The translations under genes were made by a program, and so were the position numbers. The notes beneath the pieces were generated by a model. The model did no database searches and was not told the origin of the DNA. It saw nothing but the letters and a program-made list of their open reading frames with translations. This document shows, piece after piece, positions 18,829 to 28,045 of a DNA stretch of 64,000 nucleotides. Numbering within the stretch: the stretch's first letter is position 1; the number at the start of each line of letters is the position of its first letter. Source of the DNA: a phage; assembly GCA_026066175.1 (NCBI GenBank), contig GCA_026066175.1_4721.2; one strand, given 5' to 3'.

Positions 18829-21420
18829 TTACTGTTCGTCGCGTTCCAACAGGTACTCGGAAGCCGTAACACCGTTTACAGTACGGATGGCTTTCAGACG
18901 TGTATCATCGTTCAGAATCACGGTAACAGACTGCAGACCTTTTACCTTGGTTTCGAAGGTTTTGAATACCTGGTCTAACATACGTGCGATGCTTGGGTTG
19001 GTGGCAGCTGATGCGTGGGTATACCCACTCTGATTAAGTTTCAGAATCTTCGCGTTGGTTGGTACACGAACGATAACATGCGGACGCATAGCGAACACGC
19101 TGTGGTTGAACCAGTACGCATCCGGGCTGTCTTCATCGGTCACGAGGTCTGGATGGGTCTGCATATCTTCAGCTGCAGCATCCGCCAAACGACGTTCGAT
19201 TTCGTCAGCATCCAGAGAACCATCTTTCTCCAGCTCAGCACGATACTCATCCATGATTGCCGCGCGACGCTCTTGATTTGCGACCATCTTATCATGAGCC
19301 GCATTCAGGTAATCGTTCATGCTGTAAAGCTCTGCCATGGAAAGACGGATGTTCCACTGACCAACACCGTCACGATTGCAGTAGAGGCATTTCAACATAT
19401 TGCCCCAGGTGTGATAGCAACGGGTGAACTCGTCTTCGATGAACTTCTGATCCATTTTAAGTTCGTTGATCAGCCAGCTATACAGCTCACCGACATCATC
19501 TACGAAGCTTGCAATGGTGGTTTCAGAGAAGTTCTTAGGTACAACACGCTTGATCCATTTGTTGATGTCTTTGGTCATGCTGTCGTTCAGGAAATGCCAG
19601 ATACGCAGAGGGATAACCTCTCTGTGTTGTTGCATGACCTGACGATAGGCTGACACACCTTCAATATGACCTTTATCAATAGACAGGGCATCCAGGAATT
19701 CCTGGATAGCATCAAGCTGTTTATCGGTGTAGGTTCCCAGGTAGGAATTGACTGTGGTCAGGAACGCCAAAGCATCGTTCTGGTTGACGTCGGTATTGGT
19801 CTGCTGGATGATCGCAACCGTCGCTTTGGTTTCAGCGTCTTCGATGCTGGATGCCGGAACCATGTCAGTGACAGTGAACAGTTTCATCTCACGCTGTTCG
19901 CCAACAACAATCGGTTCACGTCTAACCGGTTTGTTCAGGCTAACACGCACAACTTCTGCTTGCGCGATACGATCCCATTCTGCCATTTCCAGCTCCGCCA
20001 TACGACGTGCGGTTGGATCTGTTTCAAGTTGAATGTATTCCATTTCTTCCACCGTAAGTGAGGTAATATCAACAATGGTTTCATGAAGAATTCCGTTTTC
20101 GTCAATGCGAGCGCGACGAGCGAATTGCCTGAAGTCATACGCGGTTGGCCAACGGCTATCAGGCGCGTAGTCTTTGGCCTTCAGACGCATTTGCATGAAT
20201 TCTTCATGGTGAACAACACGACCGTATTGCTTCGCATCTTCGGTCGCATCAAGAGGGTCAACCGTTTTGGTTACCGTCGCAGGACGTACGCTACGTACCG
20301 GCTCAGGTTTTACCTTCACGGTTTCAGGTTGAGTAGGTGCTTTCTGCTCAGCCTTAACATGCCATTTCGGTTCTTCGTACTGCTCAGCGAATTGCTCAGC
20401 TACCGCAAAGATATCGTTGATGCCGCCAATATCTCCATCCGGATGGGTTGAGTAAATACGCGTTTGTGGTGCTTCCTGACGCGTTGCTGCTGGAGCAGGT
20501 TTATCGTCAACTGGGTCATCATCACCAACATCGTACAAACGGTTGAACGCACACTCCTTCGAATCCATATACGAAGGTGCTTGCTGCTGAACAACCGTTG
20601 GTCGAGGTTGTGTGCCGTATCCTGGCATTGTCGGAGCCATACCACGCATAACCGCTGGATTAGGTTGGTACTGCGGCTGAGGATAAGCTCCACCGTACGT
20701 GTTATACACAGGTTGTTGAGGTTGACCGTATCCGGCGTTGACCATCGCGTTTGCTTGCGGTCCGCGATAGGTCATTCCCAACTGCGTTACCTGCGCTTTT
20801 AACGCACGTGTCTTCTGCGCGATTTGATTCAGAGTCCCACCTTGATTCAGTTGTGTATACTTATTCGCTGCTTCCGGGTTAATGCGCGTTAATTCCTTTG
20901 CACGATAATACTCAGGATATTGATTGGCCTCAAAGAGCCACTGTACAAGATGCATAAGTATCGTTGTACGTACCGCGGTGTCGATAATCTGATCGACTGA
21001 TGCATTCTGAGGCGCTGGGTTGATATAAGAGAATACGTTCCAGCAGCAGTCCTCAACAAGTGACTCCATCGCCTCGTTGTTATTGGCGTAACGTGCCACG
21101 AACTGTGTTTGAATATCGTCTTGCTGAGCATGCTCTTTCAGGACATTAAAGATAGCCTGACGGATTTTGACGATATTTCCTTCGTTGGTGATGAACTGGT
21201 AGTTCTGCTGATATGCTGGATTAGGTTGGTATTGCGGTGGTTGTTGGTAACCGCCCCCGTATTGTGGATAAGCCGGTTGCTGGGGTTGGTACGGAGGTTG
21301 TTGATATTGCGGTTGCTGGTACTGTTGTTGACGCACCTGGTCAGCTGCAAATCGAACCGTGCTTGCGTACGGGTTCTCGCTATAGCCCATTTGTTGGTAT
21401 ATGTTGTTACCGTTATACAT
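18829..21420 (-). CDS. hypothetical protein with two Q/Y/P-rich low-complexity (prion-like) segments
   Basis: 863-aa ORF; residues ~28-75 (QQYQQPQYQQPPYQPQQPAYPQYGGGYQQPPQYQPNPAYQQNYQ) and ~225-270 (GYGQPQQPVYNTYGGAYPQPQYQPNP...); SD aaaagga upstream. Confidence 0.7.
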   Translation of the reverse strand: MYNGNNIYQQMGYSENPYASTVRFAADQVRQQQYQQPQYQQPPYQPQQPAYPQYGGGYQQPPQYQPNPAYQQNYQFITNEGNIVKIRQAIFNVLKEHAQQDDIQTQFVARYANNNEAMESLVEDCCWNVFSYINPAPQNASVDQIIDTAVRTTILMHLVQWLFEANQYPEYYRAKELTRINPEAANKYTQLNQGGTLNQIAQKTRALKAQVTQLGMTYRGPQANAMVNAGYGQPQQPVYNTYGGAYPQPQYQPNPAVMRGMAPTMPGYGTQPRPTVVQQQAPSYMDSKECAFNRLYDVGDDDPVDDKPAPAATRQEAPQTRIYSTHPDGDIGGINDIFAVAEQFAEQYEEPKWHVKAEQKAPTQPETVKVKPEPVRSVRPATVTKTVDPLDATEDAKQYGRVVHHEEFMQMRLKAKDYAPDSRWPTAYDFRQFARRARIDENGILHETIVDITSLTVEEMEYIQLETDPTARRMAELEMAEWDRIAQAEVVRVSLNKPVRREPIVVGEQREMKLFTVTDMVPASSIEDAETKATVAIIQQTNTDVNQNDALAFLTTVNSYLGTYTDKQLDAIQEFLDALSIDKGHIEGVSAYRQVMQQHREVIPLRIWHFLNDSMTKDINKWIKRVVPKNFSETTIASFVDDVGELYSWLINELKMDQKFIEDEFTRCYHTWGNMLKCLYCNRDGVGQWNIRLSMAELYSMNDYLNAAHDKMVANQERRAAIMDEYRAELEKDGSLDADEIERRLADAAAEDMQTHPDLVTDEDSPDAYWFNHSVFAMRPHVIVRVPTNAKILKLNQSGYTHASAATNPSIARMLDQVFKTFETKVKGLQSVTVILNDDTRLKAIRTVNGVTASEYLLERDEQ

Positions 21421-21454
21421 CTTCTTACAATCCTTTTATTTATTCGATTAGGTG

Positions 21455-23251
21455 TCAATCGATTATGTCACGATCGTTAATTTCTACAATTTCTTCATCG
21501 AATCGACCGACGTCTTTCTTCAAGCCTGCGTTTGTTGCTGCAACGTCATTTGCGATTTGTGGGGTAACGATTAACCGACCACGATCGTCAATCGGTGCGT
21601 ACATACTGAACTTCTGGCGTCCGGTTGGTTCGGAGTGCGGAAGATTCAGATAGCTCGCGCAGAACGGGATGGAACCGCTCACCAAACGACTCTCGTCAGC
21701 CAATGCGGCCCCGCCCGCATTTTGACTCTGGAGAACAACATGTGTACTTACTTTGAACAGCATGCAGTCACCAGGTGATTGAATCGAGGTTGCCACTTTC
21801 TCGCGTTTATCACGATTGCTCTGGATGTTGAGAATCGCTTCTGTTGCAACTTGATTGCGTAACGCTTTTTGTACATCGCGATTGGTCATCTCTTTCCGGT
21901 TGTTCTGTCGTTTACCACGTTCAGTGGTTTTAAGATGGAACCCCAGTTTAAAGATGCTCTTACGCACATCCTCCATGACGTATTCCAACACCATCAGTTC
22001 CTTACCGAACATCGTCGTGGTGTCGACACGACTCATTTCGATAGTGACGTTATCAATCAAATACGCCATGAATTCGTAGAAGTCGTCGCACGGAATATTT
22101 TCCTGTTTGAACTTCTTCTGTTGAATTTCGTCAACGTAAAGATCGAGGCTGTCGATGTGGTGGTTTACATCACGCAACAAACGCGCATCCGCATTGTTGT
22201 TATTAAAGATAATCAAACCGAGTAGCGTACGCCAGTGGTCTGTCGCATTCGCGAACTCTTCAACCGGATAGTCTTCTGGAAAACGATCGTAATAACGGTC
22301 GATGAGATAGAGGAACGCACCGACAAGACCGAGCACAATACGTTCCGTGCCGCCACGTCTTACCGCGATTTGAATATCAGGATGTTTATAACGTACCGCG
22401 CTAACGCTACGACTCTTACCGCTTTTGCTAATACTAAAGCCTTTAGGAATAACGCCCATGGTGCGATAGATTACCCATTGGTCGCGCGGAAAATCACGTT
22501 CAGCGAGATTCCGTCCGGTTATTGCTTCGACGCCTGCAAAACGCCGGAAACATTCACCCACGCCATATTTCGCAAAGAGATAATGGCCCAACGTGGTTAC
22601 GCTGGTGTGGTTGATGTTGTCCCCGTTCACCTTGCTTTGTTTGGTAAGGTGATAGATTTGCGACCAGGGCAATGACAAGTAATGTCGATAATCATTACCG
22701 GTTGGTGTATCATTGCTCAGGAACTGATACGGCGTACGCTTAACGGTGATTTTGTCACGCGGAAGCATGATGAACGCCATGTCTTTCGTGTAACTGATTA
22801 CCGGGTCAGCAAGCACCGCACTGAGAATGAAGTTCGCACCACGTAGACGCATCTTGCCACCCTGACCTACCGCAGGCAATAGGAGAGGATGCCGGATGAT
22901 GCAGTAATCCTTGCCGGGTTCACGACGGTCACCTGCTTCCATCGCGCCATACCAGCGGAATTCTAACATCACCATGAACACATCGGAAGGCGCAAGGTCG
23001 AACGTCAGCTTACCGCTATCCTTCCCTTTGGTTTTCTTTCCTCCGCTTAAGTAGTGAAACTGTTCGCGGGCCATACAACGACGTAGGCCATGATACACCA
23101 GATCCTTAGGTAAACTATCTTTGCTGTTCCGCCAAAGACGATCGACGTAGGACTCAACATCTTGCATCTTATCGACGACGATGTTGCGTGCTATCTTCTC
23201 GTTCATCTTCGGTGCAAGCTCAGCGACAGCTTTGCAGAATCTAGGATCCAT
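21455..23251 (-). CDS. hypothetical protein
   Basis: ~598-aa ORF; the ATG at 23251 has SD aaggag with a 6-nt spacer (the track start at 23254 is a GTG only 3 nt from the SD). Confidence 0.65.
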   Translation of the reverse strand: MDPRFCKAVAELAPKMNEKIARNIVVDKMQDVESYVDRLWRNSKDSLPKDLVYHGLRRCMAREQFHYLSGGKKTKGKDSGKLTFDLAPSDVFMVMLEFRWYGAMEAGDRREPGKDYCIIRHPLLLPAVGQGGKMRLRGANFILSAVLADPVISYTKDMAFIMLPRDKITVKRTPYQFLSNDTPTGNDYRHYLSLPWSQIYHLTKQSKVNGDNINHTSVTTLGHYLFAKYGVGECFRRFAGVEAITGRNLAERDFPRDQWVIYRTMGVIPKGFSISKSGKSRSVSAVRYKHPDIQIAVRRGGTERIVLGLVGAFLYLIDRYYDRFPEDYPVEEFANATDHWRTLLGLIIFNNNNADARLLRDVNHHIDSLDLYVDEIQQKKFKQENIPCDDFYEFMAYLIDNVTIEMSRVDTTTMFGKELMVLEYVMEDVRKSIFKLGFHLKTTERGKRQNNRKEMTNRDVQKALRNQVATEAILNIQSNRDKREKVATSIQSPGDCMLFKVSTHVVLQSQNAGGAALADESRLVSGSIPFCASYLNLPHSEPTGRQKFSMYAPIDDRGRLIVTPQIANDVAATNAGLKKDVGRFDEEIVEINDRDIID

Positions 23252-23290
23252 CACACACTCCTTACAGAAAGTTGCTTAAGCAGATTAAAG

Positions 23291-24673
23291 TTATTTCTTC
23301 GATGACACCTTCTCAAGAATCTTGAAAAAGGTCATACCTATACCGACAACGGCTGCGGTGATGCTTGCTGCAGCTTTCCAAACATCGACGTTACGTTGAC
23401 GTCGTGCTTCTTCCGCTTCACGTTGTCTTTTTGCCTCTTCATCACGTCGGCGTATTTCAGCAGCGAATTCCTCATGCTTACGTTTCGCGTCTTCGTCTCG
23501 GCGACGCATTTCAGCGATAAGTTCATCGTGCTTACGTTTCGCGTCTTCATCGCGACGTTTGAGTTCAGCCAGATGGTCATCTTGCATTTGTCGCCGAAGT
23601 TCGTCCTGACGTTTCATTTCGGCTCTATGCTGCTCATCACGCAGTTTTGCTTCAGCGCGATGGGTCTCTTGCATCCGTTCGATGATGTCTTTATGTTCAT
23701 CCGCCATACGTCGCATTTCAGCCATCACCCCTTTAAGGGTTTCTTCTGATGACTTACGTTCGTAGCTACGCTGGTCGAAATCATTTTTGTAGGCTTCCTT
23801 CTGGATGGGATCGCGCCAATGCAATGCCGATTCGCGGGTTGGAAAAACATTGTATTTCCACATTTCTTTTTCCAAATCTTCTACCGGTACGAAGACGGAA
23901 TCATTATTCCCGAAGGTAACCAACATCCCTGGAGCACCTGCCCCGTTCGTTGGTTTTATTTCGAACGCTTTCCCCAAGACGTTAACCCATAAGCTGTACG
24001 GATTATGGAAGTCTGGTGGCGTCCAATGGATGGTGAGCTGTGTTCCGAGAATCCGGAACCCCTCTGGTTTTCCTGTTAAACTTCGCGCACATGTTGCGAT
24101 ATAGGGGTGATCAATCCCTTTCGTAACATGGTCAGCGCTTTTGTATTCTCCTTTAACTTTTACGATTGCCACGTTAATTTGCGCGACATACACAGGTTGA
24201 TTAAAATTTAAGGCTGTTAGGTCTATTCGACATATCTCGTCCAAGGTGTCGTACCAATCTTCCTGGTCGAGCAACCTGGGTTTTCTCTCGACGCACGTAA
24301 TGCGTCGGATATGGGGTTTTCTTACCGCATAACCGCTTCGGTTTTTAACGCCCAGTATATCCCGTCGTCTACCGTCGTAGACGAAGTTCTTGAACGCGCC
24401 ATTCGCATTAGATATGTCATGGCTGTCAACTATTACAGGACTACGAAATTTTGAACGTCGTACGATCCTGAATGTGTTACCCTCTTCGACCCTACCTGGA
24501 ATGTATTGGAACATATTGTCGGATGTAATGACCAATACCGTATGCCCAGACTCATTAATACAACCCCACCCTAACTCTAAGTCATATAACGGTTCCTGGT
24601 ATCCGTCGATGCTATACGTGCCTGTGCCATCCCACGGCTCAAACGGCGTATCGCAAACCGGCATAGAGGACAT
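23291..24673 (-). CDS. C-terminally membrane-anchored protein with ER/K-rich charged helical stalk
   Basis: 460-aa ORF with a strong SD (gagggagga). C-terminal third is highly charged and repetitive (RRDEDAKRKHDELIAEMRRRDEDAKRKHEEFAAEIRRRDEEAKRQ), followed by a hydrophobic segment AAASITAAVVGIGMTFF and a basic tail. Confidence 0.65.
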   Translation of the reverse strand: MSSMPVCDTPFEPWDGTGTYSIDGYQEPLYDLELGWGCINESGHTVLVITSDNMFQYIPGRVEEGNTFRIVRRSKFRSPVIVDSHDISNANGAFKNFVYDGRRRDILGVKNRSGYAVRKPHIRRITCVERKPRLLDQEDWYDTLDEICRIDLTALNFNQPVYVAQINVAIVKVKGEYKSADHVTKGIDHPYIATCARSLTGKPEGFRILGTQLTIHWTPPDFHNPYSLWVNVLGKAFEIKPTNGAGAPGMLVTFGNNDSVFVPVEDLEKEMWKYNVFPTRESALHWRDPIQKEAYKNDFDQRSYERKSSEETLKGVMAEMRRMADEHKDIIERMQETHRAEAKLRDEQHRAEMKRQDELRRQMQDDHLAELKRRDEDAKRKHDELIAEMRRRDEDAKRKHEEFAAEIRRRDEEAKRQREAEEARRQRNVDVWKAAASITAAVVGIGMTFFKILEKVSSKK

Positions 24674-24885
24674 TGATTATCCTCCCTCAAACAGACAACA
24701 TACATGCATAATGCACGTCCCTTTTCTTGTTATCATCACAACGACAGTCGACGGTTTCAGCATCATTCTTAGCGCGAGAACGACCTTACGTGTTGTCTAT
24801 GCCTTTTTTCATTGAAGGCTTCTGTCACCTAGGTAATGTAAGCGTCAAATTTTTTCTAATCTAACCCAGCATAACAGCATAATAA

Positions 24886-24915
24886 CCTCCCTCAGCCCGT
24901 AAGGACCGAGGGAGG
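24886..24915. terminator. degenerate copy (3) of the conserved hairpin element, downstream of the capsid-candidate gene
   Basis: cctccctc-agcccgtaaggacc-gagggagg with cataataa and ttatg flanks, inside the 340-bp non-coding stretch after the stop at 25015. Confidence 0.5.
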
Positions 24916-25014
24916 TTGACTTATGTATCACGGTGCCGGATGAATGTCCGGTGTAATGAAACCATCCGCAACGTTGTTTTCAAGAACTTCATCCAACGAA
25001 GCAGCTCCGGTATT

Positions 25015-27237
25015 TCAGTTAGTCTGAACCGGCAGCTTGATGTTTTCAGTGTAGACCTTACGCAGGTTCACAACGTTGATCAGACCCAGCAGCGGGCAGT
25101 TGTTCACGAAACGGCAGCGCGGCTGAACCATGGTTTCTTTAGAAACCTGACCGTTACGAGTAACCTGAGCAACGGATACCAGTTCCGGTACGTACAGGAA
25201 CATACCGAAGGTCAGCGGATCCGGAGAACCCTGGATACCACGAGACAGGGTCACGAAGATCTTGTCGCGCAACATGACGTTCGGGTTGTCTACAACCACG
25301 AAGTTGAAGCTTACACCCACGGTGCGGAAGTCACCATCGGTCTGCAGGAACTGCGGGATGTAGTTGTCGGTTGCTACTACGCAACGCGGTTTCTCATCAG
25401 CGTTGGAAGACAGCAGCTGCAGAGCTGGCTGATAACCAGACTCGGAGTACATGCGGTACGCCATTTCACGAATCACGTTCATGATCGCAGCGGATACTTC
25501 AGCACGACGTTCTGCAGTGGTGGTACCCTGAACGGATTTCTCCAGGTCCAGATCGATTTCTTCGAACCACGGACGAATCAGGTAACGACCGAAACCTTCG
25601 ATCTGAATGTCACCGAACTGACGGAAGCGAGAAGTTGCAACCGCTTTCAGGGCGTCTTTGTAGCTGAACAGTTTCTCAACCATCAGGTTGTCGAAACGTG
25701 CGTTAGCTGCTTGGATCAGAACATCCAGGTCAGCAGCGTTTTCTTCCCAATCCAGCGGACGAGGAATGGAGAACGGAGCCAGCAGGCCGATTGCGTAACG
25801 TTCTTGCTTCATGTTGAAGTCAAGATGTTTACCGCGTTCACGACGGTTGCTGTTGTTACGACGGATACGCAGTTCGTAACCCACCAGTTTGAAGCTCAGG
25901 TCTTCAGCCAGATCTTTGAATTCCTGGCTCTTACGCGGTTGTTCGATGTTGTCCTGGTCAACCAGACGATACAGTTCAGCGGTAGCGCCATTAACACGCA
26001 GACCCGCTTTCTCTACGTTGGAAGAACCGTAAACTTCGATCGCCAGCTGAGCAGCAGATTTCGCATCGATGATGTCCTGCAGCGCTTCAGCTTTCGCACC
26101 TTTAACGTCAACGGTGTTCTCATCAACGAAGATGGAGTGGGTGTCGAACGCCAGGGTCATTTTGCGGAAGTCGCCTTCCAGGGATTTCTGGAAACCGTTG
26201 GTGATCAGACCGGATACGTCGAACGGAACGTAAGAGGTTTTGCTGTGCTTGGTGGATTTAATTTCCACCAGGATTTTGGTCAGCGTGATCTGAGCATCCA
26301 GCGCGTCAGTGTTGTCGCTGTAACCGTTAGCCAGAATGCTATCGTCTTCAGCGATACCGATCATGTCGATCAGTTTATCAACCGCCAGGTAAGACGTTTT
26401 GTAAGTAACGCCTTTGATTTCGATGTCGCGCGGAGCAACGATGGTTTTATCAACGAAGTACTGCGCGTTAGCATCGTCAGCACGGTAGATCGGATGCAGA
26501 TCGGTCACGTCGTTGGACAGAACGTCGTTGTACATGAACGCATCCAGCAGCGGACGACGTACCCAATCAGCCGGAGTACCATCACCGTTACGACGCAGGT
26601 GGTTGAACACCAGCGGACGACGGAAGGAAACGTCATAACCGATCTGGTTCGGAGCCAGAACGATGGTGTTGTACAGTTCGTTACCCATGCGGCTCAGACG
26701 AGACGCCTTCACGTTGAACACAACGGAGTACGGCATCATGTCACGCAGTTCTTTCTGGTCGTAGGACAGCTGAACCAGTTCTTCAGATTCACAACCGCAG
26801 GAATCCGCAGCCATCATGACGAAGTTAGCGCTGTCAACATCACGGCCGGACGGCGAGGTGCTGATGTTCATGGAACGTGCTTGTTTAGCATATTCCACCG
26901 GGTTGCCATGTGCCAGCATGATCAGCGCTGCAGCGCGAGCCTGCTGTGCGTTCATGGTGAACAGCTGTTCTTCAATACGTTGCTTCTCTTCCGGAGTTGT
27001 GGTTTCGAAGCCCAGCATGGACAGAACCGGTTCTTCAGCTTTACGGATGTCGCTGCTGAAGCTCTTAACATCCATTTCGTTAACCAGTTTGTCCATGGAT
27101 TTGAAATCAACCTTAGAAGCAGATTCCATAGACAGGAAGGTGTTTTCCAGACCTTTGTCTGCTGGTTTGCTACCATTAGCGGTCAGGAACTGGCGAGTGG
27201 CCGCGACCTGTTGGCTAAGAAGGGTTTTATCATTCAT
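25015..27237 (-). CDS. putative major capsid protein (highly expressed virion protein)
   Basis: 740-aa ORF with markedly optimised codon usage (CTG, CGT, GGT, AAC, TTC, GAA) compared with its neighbours; size matches jumbo-phage major capsid proteins; SD taaagga. The opposite strand carries a long stop-free antisense ORF, typical of highly biased genes. Identity not verified by similarity search. Confidence 0.5.
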   Translation of the reverse strand: MNDKTLLSQQVAATRQFLTANGSKPADKGLENTFLSMESASKVDFKSMDKLVNEMDVKSFSSDIRKAEEPVLSMLGFETTTPEEKQRIEEQLFTMNAQQARAAALIMLAHGNPVEYAKQARSMNISTSPSGRDVDSANFVMMAADSCGCESEELVQLSYDQKELRDMMPYSVVFNVKASRLSRMGNELYNTIVLAPNQIGYDVSFRRPLVFNHLRRNGDGTPADWVRRPLLDAFMYNDVLSNDVTDLHPIYRADDANAQYFVDKTIVAPRDIEIKGVTYKTSYLAVDKLIDMIGIAEDDSILANGYSDNTDALDAQITLTKILVEIKSTKHSKTSYVPFDVSGLITNGFQKSLEGDFRKMTLAFDTHSIFVDENTVDVKGAKAEALQDIIDAKSAAQLAIEVYGSSNVEKAGLRVNGATAELYRLVDQDNIEQPRKSQEFKDLAEDLSFKLVGYELRIRRNNSNRRERGKHLDFNMKQERYAIGLLAPFSIPRPLDWEENAADLDVLIQAANARFDNLMVEKLFSYKDALKAVATSRFRQFGDIQIEGFGRYLIRPWFEEIDLDLEKSVQGTTTAERRAEVSAAIMNVIREMAYRMYSESGYQPALQLLSSNADEKPRCVVATDNYIPQFLQTDGDFRTVGVSFNFVVVDNPNVMLRDKIFVTLSRGIQGSPDPLTFGMFLYVPELVSVAQVTRNGQVSKETMVQPRCRFVNNCPLLGLINVVNLRKVYTENIKLPVQTN

Positions 27238-27386
27238 TGAAAGTATCCTTTACAGATTTAACTTATATAAGTCGGTCGATAGACCATAGCGTACACGCGT
27301 GCATGCGCCACTATAGTATCAGTAAACACTTACCGTTATTGAGGTTGTGATACAACACTAAAAATGCCGCATAACTTTTCCCTACG

Positions 27387-28007
27387 TCACAAACGACGCA
27401 GGCGATAATGGATGGAACGATTGGTGCAATATGAACGGAACAGCGGTAATTGCGCAACTTCCGCAAGACTCATATTAATTCGCAGATGTTCGATAACCGC
27501 GCTGTAGTTATCGGCGATACGATCGCTCAGTAACTCTTCTGCCAATAAAGGAAGACAATCGACAACGATGGCGATCACATCCTCATTAACATAACGCACC
27601 CGAACATTGAGTGGACGTTTGTCTGGGCCGTAAGTTGGATCCGCCAAACGACGTTCAATATCGCGTGGATAGCTCGTCAGTAAATGGTAATAACCATTGT
27701 CATAACGATTGATGTACTCACACAGCACATCAACATTCTTCTCTGGCGGCAAACCTGTTTCGTCATAGTGATACGCAAACATACCACCAAGCAGGTTGTT
27801 AAGATGAACCGCAGGGTTCGCTTGTTCGTGTTCTTTCGTGATGAAGAAAGGCACGTTCTGGGCTGCGAAATAAAAACCTACATCATTGGGCGATAGTATG
27901 CCGAAAAGACTTTTAGGGTCTAATAACACCTGTAAGTCATCACGCGCATTTCGAATAATCGCGTGTTCTACCCAATTCGGAACGACGAGATATCGGAGTT
28001 CCTTCAT
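27387..28007 (-). CDS. hypothetical protein
   Basis: 206-aa ORF; SD agagg 8 nt upstream. Confidence 0.6.
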   Translation of the reverse strand: MKELRYLVVPNWVEHAIIRNARDDLQVLLDPKSLFGILSPNDVGFYFAAQNVPFFITKEHEQANPAVHLNNLLGGMFAYHYDETGLPPEKNVDVLCEYINRYDNGYYHLLTSYPRDIERRLADPTYGPDKRPLNVRVRYVNEDVIAIVVDCLPLLAEELLSDRIADNYSAVIEHLRINMSLAEVAQLPLFRSYCTNRSIHYRLRRL

Positions 28008-28045
28008 TATGATTACCTCTTTGCAAGTATCGAAAGGATTGAGTC

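Noticed and set aside
24916-27240. 774-aa plus-strand ORF antisense to the capsid-candidate gene
   Set aside because: Its translation is R/V/F/H-rich nonsense typical of the antisense strand of a strongly codon-biased gene, and it has no SD; the minus-strand ORF has the coherent protein sequence and a taaagga SD.
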